Positions 1-9,214 of a DNA stretch of 64,000 nucleotides are shown in pieces. Location of the stretch: contig JANXBY010000003.1 of the NCBI GenBank assembly GCA_025060455.1, forward strand, positions 34,719 to 98,718, given 5' to 3'. Positions within the stretch are counted from its first letter, which is position 1. Every line of letters starts with the position of its first letter. The notes beneath the pieces are model-generated. The model was not told the DNA's origin. It saw only the letters and a list, made by a program, of their open reading frames with translations, and did not search any database. The position numbers and the translations under genes are program-made. This DNA is from Armatimonadota bacterium (GTDB lineage: Bacteria > Sysuimicrobiota > Sysuimicrobiia > Sysuimicrobiales > Sysuimicrobiaceae).

Positions 1-431
1 CGGTGGCAGGCCAGGACGGAGGCGGGCTGGCGGGCGGCCTGCGGCGGGGCGACCAGGAACTCCTGCACGGTGCGGCCACACGCCGAGCCGACGTCCCGCA
101 GCCGGTCGGCCTCCTGCCGGGCCTCGTCCGGAAACAGGTCCGGGTCGCGGGACAGGCGCTCTAACTGAAGCGACAGCACCCGGGCCAGCAGCTGCTCTTC
201 GTCGGGGCCGGCGGAGGCGTCCGCGGCGCGGAGCAGCACGGTGAAAAGCCGCCGCTCCACCACCGCCAGCGCCAAAAGGACCCGCCCCGCGGCCCGGTTG
301 GCCTGGTCCACCCGCCGGGCCACGTGCACGACCCAGGAGCCCGCGGAGGCCGAGGCCGCCAGCAGGCAGGCCAGCAGGACCGAGACCGCGAGGTATCCCG
401 CCAGGATCCTGCGGCCGATGCGCGAACGCAT
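1..431 (-). CDS. Hypothetical membrane-anchored protein, N-terminal part only (runs off the left edge of the window)
   Basis: Minus-strand ATG at 431 opens a protein-like frame (MRSRIGRRILAGYLAVSVLLACLLAAS...) with an N-terminal hydrophobic segment. It is not in the ORF track because no stop lies inside the window. It is divergent from pxpA. Confidence 0.3.
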   Translation of the reverse strand, partial: MRSRIGRRILAGYLAVSVLLACLLAASASAGSWVVHVARRVDQANRAAGRVLLALAVVERRLFTVLLRAADASAGPDEEQLLARVLSLQLERLSRDPDLFPDEARQEADRLRDVGSACGRTVQEFLVAPPQAARQPASVLACH

Positions 432-485
432 CTTACGGGTATCTTCCGGGAACCCTGCGGCGGCTGGCAAGCGAAGGAGGCAGCG

Positions 486-1253
486 GTGCGGTACCTGGAC
501 TTGAACTGCGACCTGGGAGAGTCCTTCGGCCCCTACCGGCTCGGGGAGGACGAGGCGGTGCTGGCGTATGTGACCTCCGCCAACGTGGCGTGCGGGATGC
601 ACGCGGGCGACCCGGTGGTGATGCGCAGGACGGTGCAGCTGTGCCGGGAGCGCGGCGTGGCGGTGGGTGCCCACCCGGGCTACCCCGACCTGTGGGGGTT
701 CGGTCGGCGGCCCCTGCCCATGACCCCCGAGGAGGTGTACGCGTTCGTCGTGGCGCAGGTGGGAGCCCTGGAGGCGGTGGCGCGCGCGGAGGGCGTCCGG
801 CTGCAGCACGTCAAGGCCCACGGCGCCCTCTACAACGTGAGCGCGCGGGACGAGGCCACCGCCGCGGCGGTGGCGGAGGCTGTGCGACGCGCGTGGCCGG
901 ACGCCATCCTGGTGGTGCTGAGCGGCTCAGTGAGCGAGCAGGTGGCGCGGAAGGCGGGCCTGCGGGTGGCGCGGGAGGGCTTCTGCGACCGTGGGTACCG
1001 TAGGGACGGCAGCCTGGTACCCCGGGACCAGCCGGGAGCGGTGCTCACGGAGCCACACGAGGTGGCTTCCCGGGCCGTCCGGATGGCCTACGGGGAACCC
1101 ATTGACGCCGTGGACGGGGGCCAGGTGGTGGTGCAGGCGGACACCCTGTGCATCCACGGCGACACCCCGGGCGCAGCGGAGCTGGCGGCCGCGGTCCGCG
1201 CGGCCCTGGAGGAGGCCCACGTGCGGGTGCAACCTCTGGGCACGTGGCTGTGA
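486..1253 (+). CDS. pxpA: 5-oxoprolinase subunit A (LamB/YcsF family)
   Basis: N-terminal VRYLDLNCDLGESFG motif and the LamB/YcsF family signature. GTG start at 486 lies 8 nt after GGAGG. The track ORF 324..1253 extends upstream of the likely start. Confidence 0.8.
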   Translation: MRYLDLNCDLGESFGPYRLGEDEAVLAYVTSANVACGMHAGDPVVMRRTVQLCRERGVAVGAHPGYPDLWGFGRRPLPMTPEEVYAFVVAQVGALEAVARAEGVRLQHVKAHGALYNVSARDEATAAAVAEAVRRAWPDAILVVLSGSVSEQVARKAGLRVAREGFCDRGYRRDGSLVPRDQPGAVLTEPHEVASRAVRMAYGEPIDAVDGGQVVVQADTLCIHGDTPGAAELAAAVRAALEEAHVRVQPLGTWL

Positions 1254-1347
1254 AGCGTCCTCTGGCCGCGACGAGGAGCGCGGCCGGGGTGTACCTGTTG
1301 GGGCGCGCGTTTCCTCAGGAGGTAAGGTAGCCGGCCCGCCACAGGCC

Positions 1348-1396
1348 TTGACCGGGAGGCGACAGCGGGGTAGACTGCACCCACCGAACGTTTGGT
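1348..1396 (+). promoter_or_regulatory. Sigma-A-like promoter (TTGACC-17 nt-TAGACT) plus imperfect palindrome ACCGAACGTTTGGT, a candidate TetR operator
   Basis: TTGACC at 1348-1353, a 17-nt spacer, TAGACT at 1371-1376. A 14-nt near-palindrome at 1383-1396 lies between the -10 and the TetR start at 1406. Confidence 0.35.
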
Positions 1397-1405
1397 AGGC
1401 GACCG

Positions 1406-2005
1406 GTGCAGGCGGGGGTACGTCCGAAGCACGAGGAGCTGTTAGCTGCGGCGGTGCGGCTGTTCCGCCAGAAGGGCTACCACGACACCTCGATGCAGGA
1501 CTTGGCGGAGGCGGTGGGGATCCAGCGGGGCAGCCTGTACCACTACATCGAGGCCAAAGAAGACCTGCTGCACGAGATCATGGAGCGGGCCATGCGGCGG
1601 CTGCTGGACGCAGTAGAGCCCGTCGCCGCCTCCACAGCCCCCGCCTCGGAGAAGCTGCGCCGGGCGGTGGAAGCTCACCTGGCGGTGGCGGCCTCCTACC
1701 GGGACGAGCTGGTGGTGCTGCACGTGGAGCTTAAGAGCCTGTCCGCAGCCCGCCGGCAGCGCATGTTGGCCCTGCGGGATCGGTACGAGGGGTTGTTCCG
1801 ACGCATCGTGCAGGAAGGTGTGCGTACGGGAGAGTTCCGGGAGGTAGATCCCAAGACGGTGGGGCTGGCGGTGCTGGGAGTGTGCAACTGGTTCACCACG
1901 TGGTTCCGGCCGGACGGACCGCTGTCACACGCGGACTTCGCCCGGGCGTTTGCGGACCTGTTCCTGGACGGGCTGGTCCGTCGGCCCCAACCCGGAGGAG
2001 GCTGA
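1406..2005 (+). CDS. TetR/AcrR family transcriptional regulator (FadR-like regulator of the downstream beta-oxidation operon)
   Basis: TetR HTH signature LLAAAVRLFRQKGYHDTSMQDLAEAVGIQRGSLYHYI. Its stop lies 1 nt before the fadN start. Confidence 0.8.
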   Translation: MQAGVRPKHEELLAAAVRLFRQKGYHDTSMQDLAEAVGIQRGSLYHYIEAKEDLLHEIMERAMRRLLDAVEPVAASTAPASEKLRRAVEAHLAVAASYRDELVVLHVELKSLSAARRQRMLALRDRYEGLFRRIVQEGVRTGEFREVDPKTVGLAVLGVCNWFTTWFRPDGPLSHADFARAFADLFLDGLVRRPQPGGG

Positions 2006-2006
2006 C

Positions 2007-4394
2007 GTGCGGAGGATCCGCCGCGCCGCGGTGCTGGGAGCCGGGACCATGGGATCCCAACTGGCCGCGCTCCTGGCCAACGCCGGCGTTCCCGTGCTGC
2101 TGCTGGACCTGGTACCCACGGAGCTCACGGAAGACGAGGGGCGCCGGGAGCTGACCCTCGAACACCCGGAGGTCCGCAACCGCCTCAGCCGGGCGGGCCT
2201 GGACCGGGCGCTGCAGATGCGGCCCACGGCCTTCACGGTGCCCGAACGTGCGCAGCTGGTCACCGTGGGCAACTTCGAGGACGACCTGCACCGGGTGGCG
2301 GAGTGCGACTGGGTCATCGAGGCGGTGGTGGAGGACCTGGCGGTGAAGCAGGCCCTCATGGAGCGTCTGGAGCGCGTGTGGAGGCCGGGCGTGGTGGTGA
2401 CGACCAACACCTCGGGCCTGCCGGTCCGCGAGATCGCCCACGGCCGGTCCGAAGCCTTCCGCCGCCACTTCCTCGGCACCCACTTCTTCAACCCGCCCCG
2501 CTACCTGAGGCTGCTGGAGGTCATCCCACTCCCGGAGACAGACCCGGAGGTGGTGCGGTGGGTGGAGGAGGTGGCGGGACGGGTGCTGGGCAAGGGCGTG
2601 GTGGTGTGCAAGGACACGCCCAACTTCATCGCCAACCGCATCGCCACCTTCGGCTTCCTGCACACGGTCCGGGTGATGGTAGAGGAGGGGCTGACGGTCG
2701 AGGAGGTGGACGAGCTCACCGGACCTTTCCTCGGACGGCCCCGCAGCGCCACCTTCCGCACCGCGGACCTGGTGGGGTTGGACGTGCTGGCCCACGTGGC
2801 CCGCAACGCCTACCAACGCCTGGTGGACGACGAACAGCGGGACACCTTCCGCCTTCCCGACTGGCTAGAGGCCATGCTGGAGCGCGGGTGGTTGGGGGAC
2901 AAGGCGGGAGGCGGGTTCTACCGGCGGACGGACGGAGAGATCCTCACGTTGGACTACCGGACCCTGGAGTACCGGCCGCGGCAGCGGCCGCGCGTTCCCG
3001 CGTTGGAGGCGGTGCGCAACCTGGACGACTGGGCGCGGCGGGTGAAGGCGGTGCTGGGGGCGGGGGACCGGGCCGGCCGGTTCCTGTGGCGTGTGCTGTC
3101 CGGGGGCCTGGTGTACGCGGCCCGCCGCATCCCCGAGATCTCCGAGGACCTCGTCAGCGTGGACCGGGCGATGCGCTGGGGGTTCGGGTGGGAAATGGGG
3201 CCGTTTGAGACGTGGGACGCCCTGGGCGTCGTGGAGGTGGCGGGCCGGCTGCAGCGGGAGGGCGTGTCGCTGCCGCCGCTGGTGGAGGAGGTCCTGGGAG
3301 CCGGGGGCCGCTTCTACCGGCGCTCGGACGGGGTGCTCGAGGTGTACGACCCCCGGCACCGCACGTACGTGCCCGTCCAATGGCCCCAGGGCGTGATCGT
3401 GTTACAGGAGCGCAAAGCCCGAGGGGCCGTGGTGGCCCGAAACGCGGGCTGCAGCCTGGTGGACCTGGGGGACGGGGTGGCGTGCGTGGAGTTCCACGCC
3501 AAGATGAACGCCATCGGCGAGGACATCGTGCGCATGCTTCAGCAGGCCCTCCGCGAGGCGGAGCCCCGGTTCGAGGCCGTGGTGGTGGCAAACCAGGGCC
3601 CTGACTTCTCCGCGGGCGCCAACCTGGTGCTGCTGCTGATGGAAGCACAGGAGGGCAACTGGGACGACCTCGAGCTGGCGGTGCGCAGCTTCCAGCAGCT
3701 GAACCAGGCCATCAAGTACTTCCCCAAACCGGTGGTGGTGGCTCCCCACGGCCGCACCCTGGGGGGAGGGTGCGAGCTGGTGCTACACGCGGGCCGGGTG
3801 CAGGCGGCCATGGAGACGTACATGGGTCTGGTGGAGACCGCGGTCGGGCTGGTCCCTGCGGGAGGTGGGCTCAAGGAGATGGCGGTGCGGGCCTCCGAAC
3901 GCTTCCCGGAAGGGGTGGGCGCGGATCTGTTCCCCGTCTTGCGTTGGGCCTTCGAGCTGGTGGCCACCGCGCGGGTGGCCACTTCCGCGGAGGAGGCCCG
4001 CCAGCTCGGATTCCTCCGGGACGGAGACGGCATCACCCTCAACCCGGACCGGCTGGTGGCGGACGCCAAGGACCTGGCCCTGTGCCTGGTCCGCACTGGC
4101 TACCGGCCGCCCCTGCGTCGCCCGGTCCGGGTGGGCGGCCAGCGGGTGCGCGCCGCCCTGTACGCGGGACTGCACAACCTGCGGGTGGGCGGCCACATCA
4201 CCGAGTACGACGAGTACATCGGCCGGAAGGTGGCGCATGTACTTACCGGCGGCGACGTGCCGGAGGGTAGCCGCGTGGACGAGCAGCACCTCCTAGACCT
4301 GGAGCGGGAGGCGTTTTTGAGCCTGTTGGGCGAGCGCAGGACGCAGGACCGGATCCGACACATGCTGGAGCGGGGCCGGCCGCTCCGCAACTGA
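2007..4394 (+). CDS. fadN: Bifunctional 3-hydroxyacyl-CoA dehydrogenase / enoyl-CoA hydratase
   Basis: N-terminal Rossmann AVLGAGTMGSQLAA, 3-hydroxyacyl-CoA dehydrogenase motifs and a C-terminal crotonase domain. About 795 aa from the GTG at 2007, preceded by GGAGGAGG. Confidence 0.85.
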   Translation: MRRIRRAAVLGAGTMGSQLAALLANAGVPVLLLDLVPTELTEDEGRRELTLEHPEVRNRLSRAGLDRALQMRPTAFTVPERAQLVTVGNFEDDLHRVAECDWVIEAVVEDLAVKQALMERLERVWRPGVVVTTNTSGLPVREIAHGRSEAFRRHFLGTHFFNPPRYLRLLEVIPLPETDPEVVRWVEEVAGRVLGKGVVVCKDTPNFIANRIATFGFLHTVRVMVEEGLTVEEVDELTGPFLGRPRSATFRTADLVGLDVLAHVARNAYQRLVDDEQRDTFRLPDWLEAMLERGWLGDKAGGGFYRRTDGEILTLDYRTLEYRPRQRPRVPALEAVRNLDDWARRVKAVLGAGDRAGRFLWRVLSGGLVYAARRIPEISEDLVSVDRAMRWGFGWEMGPFETWDALGVVEVAGRLQREGVSLPPLVEEVLGAGGRFYRRSDGVLEVYDPRHRTYVPVQWPQGVIVLQERKARGAVVARNAGCSLVDLGDGVACVEFHAKMNAIGEDIVRMLQQALREAEPRFEAVVVANQGPDFSAGANLVLLLMEAQEGNWDDLELAVRSFQQLNQAIKYFPKPVVVAPHGRTLGGGCELVLHAGRVQAAMETYMGLVETAVGLVPAGGGLKEMAVRASERFPEGVGADLFPVLRWAFELVATARVATSAEEARQLGFLRDGDGITLNPDRLVADAKDLALCLVRTGYRPPLRRPVRVGGQRVRAALYAGLHNLRVGGHITEYDEYIGRKVAHVLTGGDVPEGSRVDEQHLLDLEREAFLSLLGERRTQDRIRHMLERGRPLRN

Positions 4395-4474
4395 GGAGGC
4401 TGCAGGGAAGTGCGGTCCCCGGATGAGGCGGCCCAGGACGTGCGGCAGGTGCACACGGAGCCGGGAGGTGCGCG

Positions 4475-5650
4475 GTGAGGCAGGCGGTGGTGGTGACCGC
4501 GGTCCGGTCGGCGGTGGGCAAGGCCCCCAAGGGGTCGCTCAAGGACGCGCGGCCGGACGAGCTCGCCAGCCAGGTGATCCGCCAGGCTCTGGAGCGCACG
4601 CCCGGCCTGGAACCGAGCGAGGTGGACGACGTGATCCTGGGCTGCGCCATGCCCGAGGGCGAGCAGGGCCTGAACGTGGCGCGTGTGGCCGCGCTGCGGG
4701 CGGGGCTTCCCGACTCCGTGCCCGGGGTGACGGTGAACCGTTTCTGCGCCTCCGGCCTGCAGGCCATCGCCATGGCGGCGGAGCGGATCCTGGCAGGCTG
4801 GGCCGAGGTGGTGGTGGCCGGTGGGGTGGAGAGCATGAGCCTAATCCCCATGACCGGGTGGAAGTTCGCGCCGCACCCCGAGCTGGTGGAGCGGTGGCCG
4901 GACGTGTACCTGAGCATGGGGAACACCGCGGAGGTGGTGGCGCGGCGGTTCGAGGTGTCCAGGGAGGACCAGGACCGGTGGGCCTTGCGCAGCCACCAGC
5001 GAGCCGCCGCGGCCATCCGCGAGGGGCGGTTCCGGGACGAGATCGTTCCCGTCCGGGTGCGGCGGTGGGAGGACGCAAGCCTGGCGCCTCGGCCGCAGGA
5101 GCTGGTCTTCGAGGTGGACGAAGGGGTGCGGTTTGACACCTCCCTGGAGGCCCTGGCCCGGCTGAAGCCCGCGTTTGCCAAAGACGGCACGGTGACCGCG
5201 GGCAACGCCTCCCAGACCAGTGACGGGGCAGCCGCCTGCGTGGTGATGAGCGACCGGAAGGCCGCCGAACTGGGCCTGCGACCCCTCGGGGTGTTCCGGT
5301 CGTTTGCGGTGGCGGGCGTGTCGCCGGAGGTCATGGGGATCGGGCCCGTGGAGGCGGTGCCCAAGGCTCTGCGGCTGGCGGGCCTCCGGCTGCAGGACGT
5401 GGACCTGGTGGAGCTCAACGAGGCGTTTGCGAGCCAGACCCTGGCGGTGATCCGGCTGCTGGAGCTGGACCCCGAGCGGGTGAACCCGAACGGCGGCGCC
5501 ATCGCCCTGGGTCACCCGCTGGGCTGTACGGGCGCCAAGCTGACCGCCACCCTGCTGCACGAGATGCGGCGGCGAGGTGCCCGGTACGGGGTGGTGACCA
5601 TGTGCGTGGGCGGCGGCATGGGTGCCGCGGGCGTGTTCGAACGGGCGTAG
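4475..5650 (+). CDS. fadA: Acetyl-CoA C-acyltransferase (3-ketoacyl-CoA thiolase)
   Basis: Thiolase N- and C-terminal signatures ([17 protein letters not shown] ... [18 protein letters not shown]). GTG start after GGAGG. Confidence 0.85.
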   Translation: MRQAVVVTAVRSAVGKAPKGSLKDARPDELASQVIRQALERTPGLEPSEVDDVILGCAMPEGEQGLNVARVAALRAGLPDSVPGVTVNRFCASGLQAIAMAAERILAGWAEVVVAGGVESMSLIPMTGWKFAPHPELVERWPDVYLSMGNTAEVVARRFEVSREDQDRWALRSHQRAAAAIREGRFRDEIVPVRVRRWEDASLAPRPQELVFEVDEGVRFDTSLEALARLKPAFAKDGTVTAGNASQTSDGAAACVVMSDRKAAELGLRPLGVFRSFAVAGVSPEVMGIGPVEAVPKALRLAGLRLQDVDLVELNEAFASQTLAVIRLLELDPERVNPNGGAIALGHPLGCTGAKLTATLLHEMRRRGARYGVVTMCVGGGMGAAGVFERA

Positions 5651-5672
5651 GCCCAGAGGGGAGGGGACCACC

Positions 5673-7436
5673 GTGGAGACCAGAGAAAAGGCGCAGCTAC
5701 CCGGTGGGGGATTCCTGGTGACGCCGAGCGCCCCGGAGGAGGTGTTCACCCCCGAGGATTTGGACACCACCCACCGCATGGTGCGCAAGGCCGCCGCGGA
5801 CTTCATGGAACGTGAGGTCCTCCCGCGGGATGCGCAGCTGGAAAACCAGGACTGGGAGCTCACGCGGTCGCTGCTGCGCAAGCTGGGCGAACTGGGGTTC
5901 CTGGCCCCGGACCTGCCGGAGGAGTACGGGGGCGGAGGCATGGACAGCCTGACCTCCCTGGTGCTGGCGGAGGAGCTGTCCGGGTCGTCCTTTTCGGTGA
6001 GCTACGGAGGCCACGTGGGCATCGGCACCCTGCCCATCGCCTTCTTCGGCAACGAGGATCAGAAGCGCCGGTACCTTCCCGCCATGGCCCGCGGGGAGAA
6101 GGTGGGTGCCTACGCCCTCACGGAGCCCACCGCGGGGTCGGACGCCCTGTCCATCCGGACCCGGGCTACCCTCAGCCCGGACGGCCGGTATTACCTGCTG
6201 TCCGGCCAGAAGCAGTTCATCACCAACGCGGCCTTCGCGGACGTGTTCACGGTGTACGCCAAGGTGGACGGCGAGCACTTCACCGCGTTCATCGTGGACC
6301 GGGACACCGAAGGGCTCAGCCTGGGGGACGAGGAGCATAAGATGGGGGTTAAGGGCTCCTCCACCCGCAGCGTGTTCCTGGAGAACGCCAAGGTGCCCGT
6401 GGAGAACCTCCTGGGGGAGGTGGGGAAGGGTCACCGCATCGCCTTCAACATCCTGAACCTGGGCCGCTTCAAGATCGGCGCCGCGTGTCTGGGCGGTGGC
6501 AAGAAGGCCCTTCGGCACGCGGTGGCGTACGCCCAGCAGCGCCACCAGTTCGGCCGGCCCATCGCGGAGTTCGGGCTGATCCGCCAGAAGCTGGCGCGCA
6601 TCGCGGTGGGGTTGTATGCGGTGGAGAGCATGGTCTACCGCACGGGTGGGTTGGTGGAGGGCGCGGTGGGCCGCATCCGCTCGGGCCAGGAGGTCCTGCG
6701 GGCGCTGGAGGAGTACGCGGTGGAGTCGTCCATGAACAAAGTGTTCGCCACGGAGGTGCTGGACTTCGTGGTGGACGAGGTGGTGCAGATCTACGGCGGC
6801 TACGGCTACGTCGAGGAGTACCCCGCGGCCCGGGCGTACCGGGACGCCCGCATCAACCGGATCTGGGAGGGCACCAACGAGATCAACCGGCTGTTGATCG
6901 TGGACATGCTCACCAAGCGGGCCCTGCGGGGCCGGCTGGATCTCACAGGCGCCATCCAGCGGGTGGTGGCGGAGCTCACTGCGCCGCCCGCCGACGAGCC
7001 CGGGGACGGGCCCCTGGCGGAGGAGGCCCGGTTGGTGGAGGGCATGCGGAAGGCGGCCCTGCTCGCCGCGGGGGTGGCGGTGCAGAAGCAGCTGGATCGG
7101 TTGGAGGAGCTGCAGGAAGTCCTGGGCTGGATCGCGGACCTGGCCACGGAGGTGTTCGCCGCGCAGAGCAGCCTGTTGCGGGCCCAGAAGGCGGCGCTGC
7201 GGCAGGATCCCAAGGCGGCGCTGCTCGCGACCCTGACCCGGGCTCACGTGTACGAAGCCCTACCCCGGGTGGAGGCGACCACACGCCAGGTGCTGGCCGC
7301 GGTGGACGAGGGCGACAGCCTCCGCACGGAGCTGGCAGGCCTGCGCCGGTTCTTGCGCCACACACCCACGAACCTGGTGGCCCTGCAGCGGGAGGTGGCG
7401 GAGGCGGTGCTGCGCGCGGGGGGCTACCCCGTGTAG
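5673..7436 (+). CDS. fadE: Acyl-CoA dehydrogenase (long FadE-type)
   Basis: Acyl-CoA dehydrogenase N, middle and C domains (YALTEPTAGSDA, GYVEEYPAARAYRDARINRIWEGTNEI). GTG at 5673 follows GGAGGGGA. About 588 aa, matching B. subtilis FadE. Confidence 0.8.
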   Translation: METREKAQLPGGGFLVTPSAPEEVFTPEDLDTTHRMVRKAAADFMEREVLPRDAQLENQDWELTRSLLRKLGELGFLAPDLPEEYGGGGMDSLTSLVLAEELSGSSFSVSYGGHVGIGTLPIAFFGNEDQKRRYLPAMARGEKVGAYALTEPTAGSDALSIRTRATLSPDGRYYLLSGQKQFITNAAFADVFTVYAKVDGEHFTAFIVDRDTEGLSLGDEEHKMGVKGSSTRSVFLENAKVPVENLLGEVGKGHRIAFNILNLGRFKIGAACLGGGKKALRHAVAYAQQRHQFGRPIAEFGLIRQKLARIAVGLYAVESMVYRTGGLVEGAVGRIRSGQEVLRALEEYAVESSMNKVFATEVLDFVVDEVVQIYGGYGYVEEYPAARAYRDARINRIWEGTNEINRLLIVDMLTKRALRGRLDLTGAIQRVVAELTAPPADEPGDGPLAEEARLVEGMRKAALLAAGVAVQKQLDRLEELQEVLGWIADLATEVFAAQSSLLRAQKAALRQDPKAALLATLTRAHVYEALPRVEATTRQVLAAVDEGDSLRTELAGLRRFLRHTPTNLVALQREVAEAVLRAGGYPV

Positions 7437-7459
7437 GGTTGCGGGAGGAGGGGTGGAGG

Positions 7460-9136
7460 ATGGCACCGGTGGGCGTGGAGCGGCCGTGGCTGAGGCACTA
7501 CGACCCGGGCGTGCCGGCGCACGTGCACATCCCCGACCTTCGGCTGGACGAGATCGTGCGGCGCGCCGCGGGCGCCTACGGCAGCCGGGTGGCCTTGGTG
7601 TTCTTCGGACGGAAGATCACCTTCGCAGAGCTGGACCGTTTGGTGGACCGCTGCGCCGCGGGCCTTCAGCGGCTGGGGGTGCGGCGGGGCACGCCCGTGT
7701 CCCTGCACCTGCCCAACTGCCCGCAGTTCGTGGTGGCGTACTACGGCACGCTGCGGGCCGGTGGGGTGGTGGTGCCCCACAACCCCCTGTACACGGAAAC
7801 CGAAGTCGCCCGCCAGCTCCAGGACAGCGGCGCGGAGGTGGCCATCACCCTCTCCCTGCTCTACCCCCGGGTGGCCGCGGCGGCCCGGCAGGCCCGGGTG
7901 CGGGAGGTGGTGTTCACCGCCATCCACGAGTTCATGGGAACGGTGGCACGCCTGCTCTATCCCCTGAAGGCGCGTCGGCAAGGCCAGTGGGTGAACGTGC
8001 GGCCCCAGCCCGGGGTGCGTCCCTTCTCCGAGCTGCTGCGCCCGGGCAGCCCGCAACCCACCTCCGTGACCCCGCAGGATCCCGCCGCCTACTTGTACAC
8101 GGGGGGTACGACGGGCGTGCCGAAGGCCGCGGTCCTCACCCACCGCAACCTGGTTGCCAACCTGCTGCAGGCGGCCAGCTGGGACCCGCAGCTGCGCCCG
8201 GGACAGGAGGTGGCGCTGGCGGTCCTGCCCTTCTTCCACAGCTACGGGATGACCTCCGTGTTGAACTTCTCCATGTGGATGGGCGCCACGGTGGTCCTGG
8301 TGCCCCGCTTTGATCCCGAGCTGGTCCTCGACGCGGTGCGGCGGTACCGCCCCACCCTGTTCCACGGTGTCCCGACCATGTACATCGCCCTGCTCAACGC
8401 GCCTGAGCTGCAGCGGGTGAGCTTCCAGTCTGTCCGGGCGGGGATCAGCGGGGCCATGGGCCTGCCGCGGGAGGTGCAACGGCGGTGGGAGGCGGTCACC
8501 GGAGGACGGCTCGTGGAAGGCTACGGTCTGACGGAGGCGTCCCCGGTCACCCACTGCAACCCGCTGTACGGGTTGCGGAAGGAGGGCAGCATCGGAATCC
8601 CGGTCCCGGACACCGACGCCCGGGTGGTGGACCCGGAGAGCGGCCAGGCACTGCCACCCGGTGAGGTGGGCGAGCTGGAGGTGCGGGGCCCGCAGGTGAT
8701 GCAAGGCTACCTGAACCGCCCGGACGAGACCGCGAAGGTGCTGCACGACGGCTGGCTGCGCACAGGCGACATGGCGCGCATGGACGAGGACGGATTCTTC
8801 TACGTGGTGGACCGCAAGAAGGACATGATCAACGTGGGCGGCCTGAAGGTGTTCCCCCGCGAGGTGGAGGAGGTGCTGTACCGGCACCCCGCGGTGCGGG
8901 AGGCGGCCGCGGTGGGCGTCCCGGATCCCACCCGGGGCGAGGTGGTCAAGGCGTTCGTGAGCCTCAAGGAAGGCCACCACGTGACCGAGGAGGAGCTGGT
9001 GCACTTCTGCCGGCAGCACCTGGCGCCCCACAAGGTGCCGCGGGCCGTGGAAGTACGACCGGAGCTCCCGAAGACCCTGATCGGGAAGGTCCTCCGGCGC
9101 GCCCTGGCGGAGGAGGAGGCCAAGGCGGCGCGCTGA
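7460..9136 (+). CDS. fadD: Long-chain-fatty-acid--CoA ligase (AMP-binding)
   Basis: AMP-binding motifs (YTGGTTGVPKAAVLTHRN, GYGLTEASP). ATG at 7460 follows GGAGGAGGGGTGGAGG. The track ORF extends spuriously upstream to 6485. Confidence 0.85.
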   Translation: MAPVGVERPWLRHYDPGVPAHVHIPDLRLDEIVRRAAGAYGSRVALVFFGRKITFAELDRLVDRCAAGLQRLGVRRGTPVSLHLPNCPQFVVAYYGTLRAGGVVVPHNPLYTETEVARQLQDSGAEVAITLSLLYPRVAAAARQARVREVVFTAIHEFMGTVARLLYPLKARRQGQWVNVRPQPGVRPFSELLRPGSPQPTSVTPQDPAAYLYTGGTTGVPKAAVLTHRNLVANLLQAASWDPQLRPGQEVALAVLPFFHSYGMTSVLNFSMWMGATVVLVPRFDPELVLDAVRRYRPTLFHGVPTMYIALLNAPELQRVSFQSVRAGISGAMGLPREVQRRWEAVTGGRLVEGYGLTEASPVTHCNPLYGLRKEGSIGIPVPDTDARVVDPESGQALPPGEVGELEVRGPQVMQGYLNRPDETAKVLHDGWLRTGDMARMDEDGFFYVVDRKKDMINVGGLKVFPREVEEVLYRHPAVREAAAVGVPDPTRGEVVKAFVSLKEGHHVTEEELVHFCRQHLAPHKVPRAVEVRPELPKTLIGKVLRRALAEEEAKAAR

Positions 9137-9214
9137 CCTCCTCGGGTCGGCGGTCTGCAGCAAGCGGGGCAGACGGCGCCCGCCGGCCGGGTGTACCCTT
9201 TCTGGAGGCCTCGC

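Noticed and set aside
241-504. ORF 241..504 (+) upstream of pxpA
   Set aside because: Arg/Ala/Thr-rich nonsense translation. The opposite strand gives a protein-like membrane-anchored N-terminus, and the region also holds the pxpA RBS.
2303-3208. Long alternative-frame ORFs throughout (for example 2303..3208, 7424..9748 minus, 25700..27151, 41772..42932) with Gly/Arg/Pro/Ala-rich translations
   Set aside because: Typical stop-codon-poor artefacts of ~70% GC DNA. They overlap well-supported genes and have no protein-like composition or motifs.
6485-7459. Upstream extensions of track ORFs (fadD from 6485, MFS from 19142, HAD from 44438, iolD from 40996, IolG frame from 42686, URO-D-like to 34301)
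   Set aside because: They overlap the preceding genes in other frames. Conserved N-termini and RBS positions support the shorter starts.
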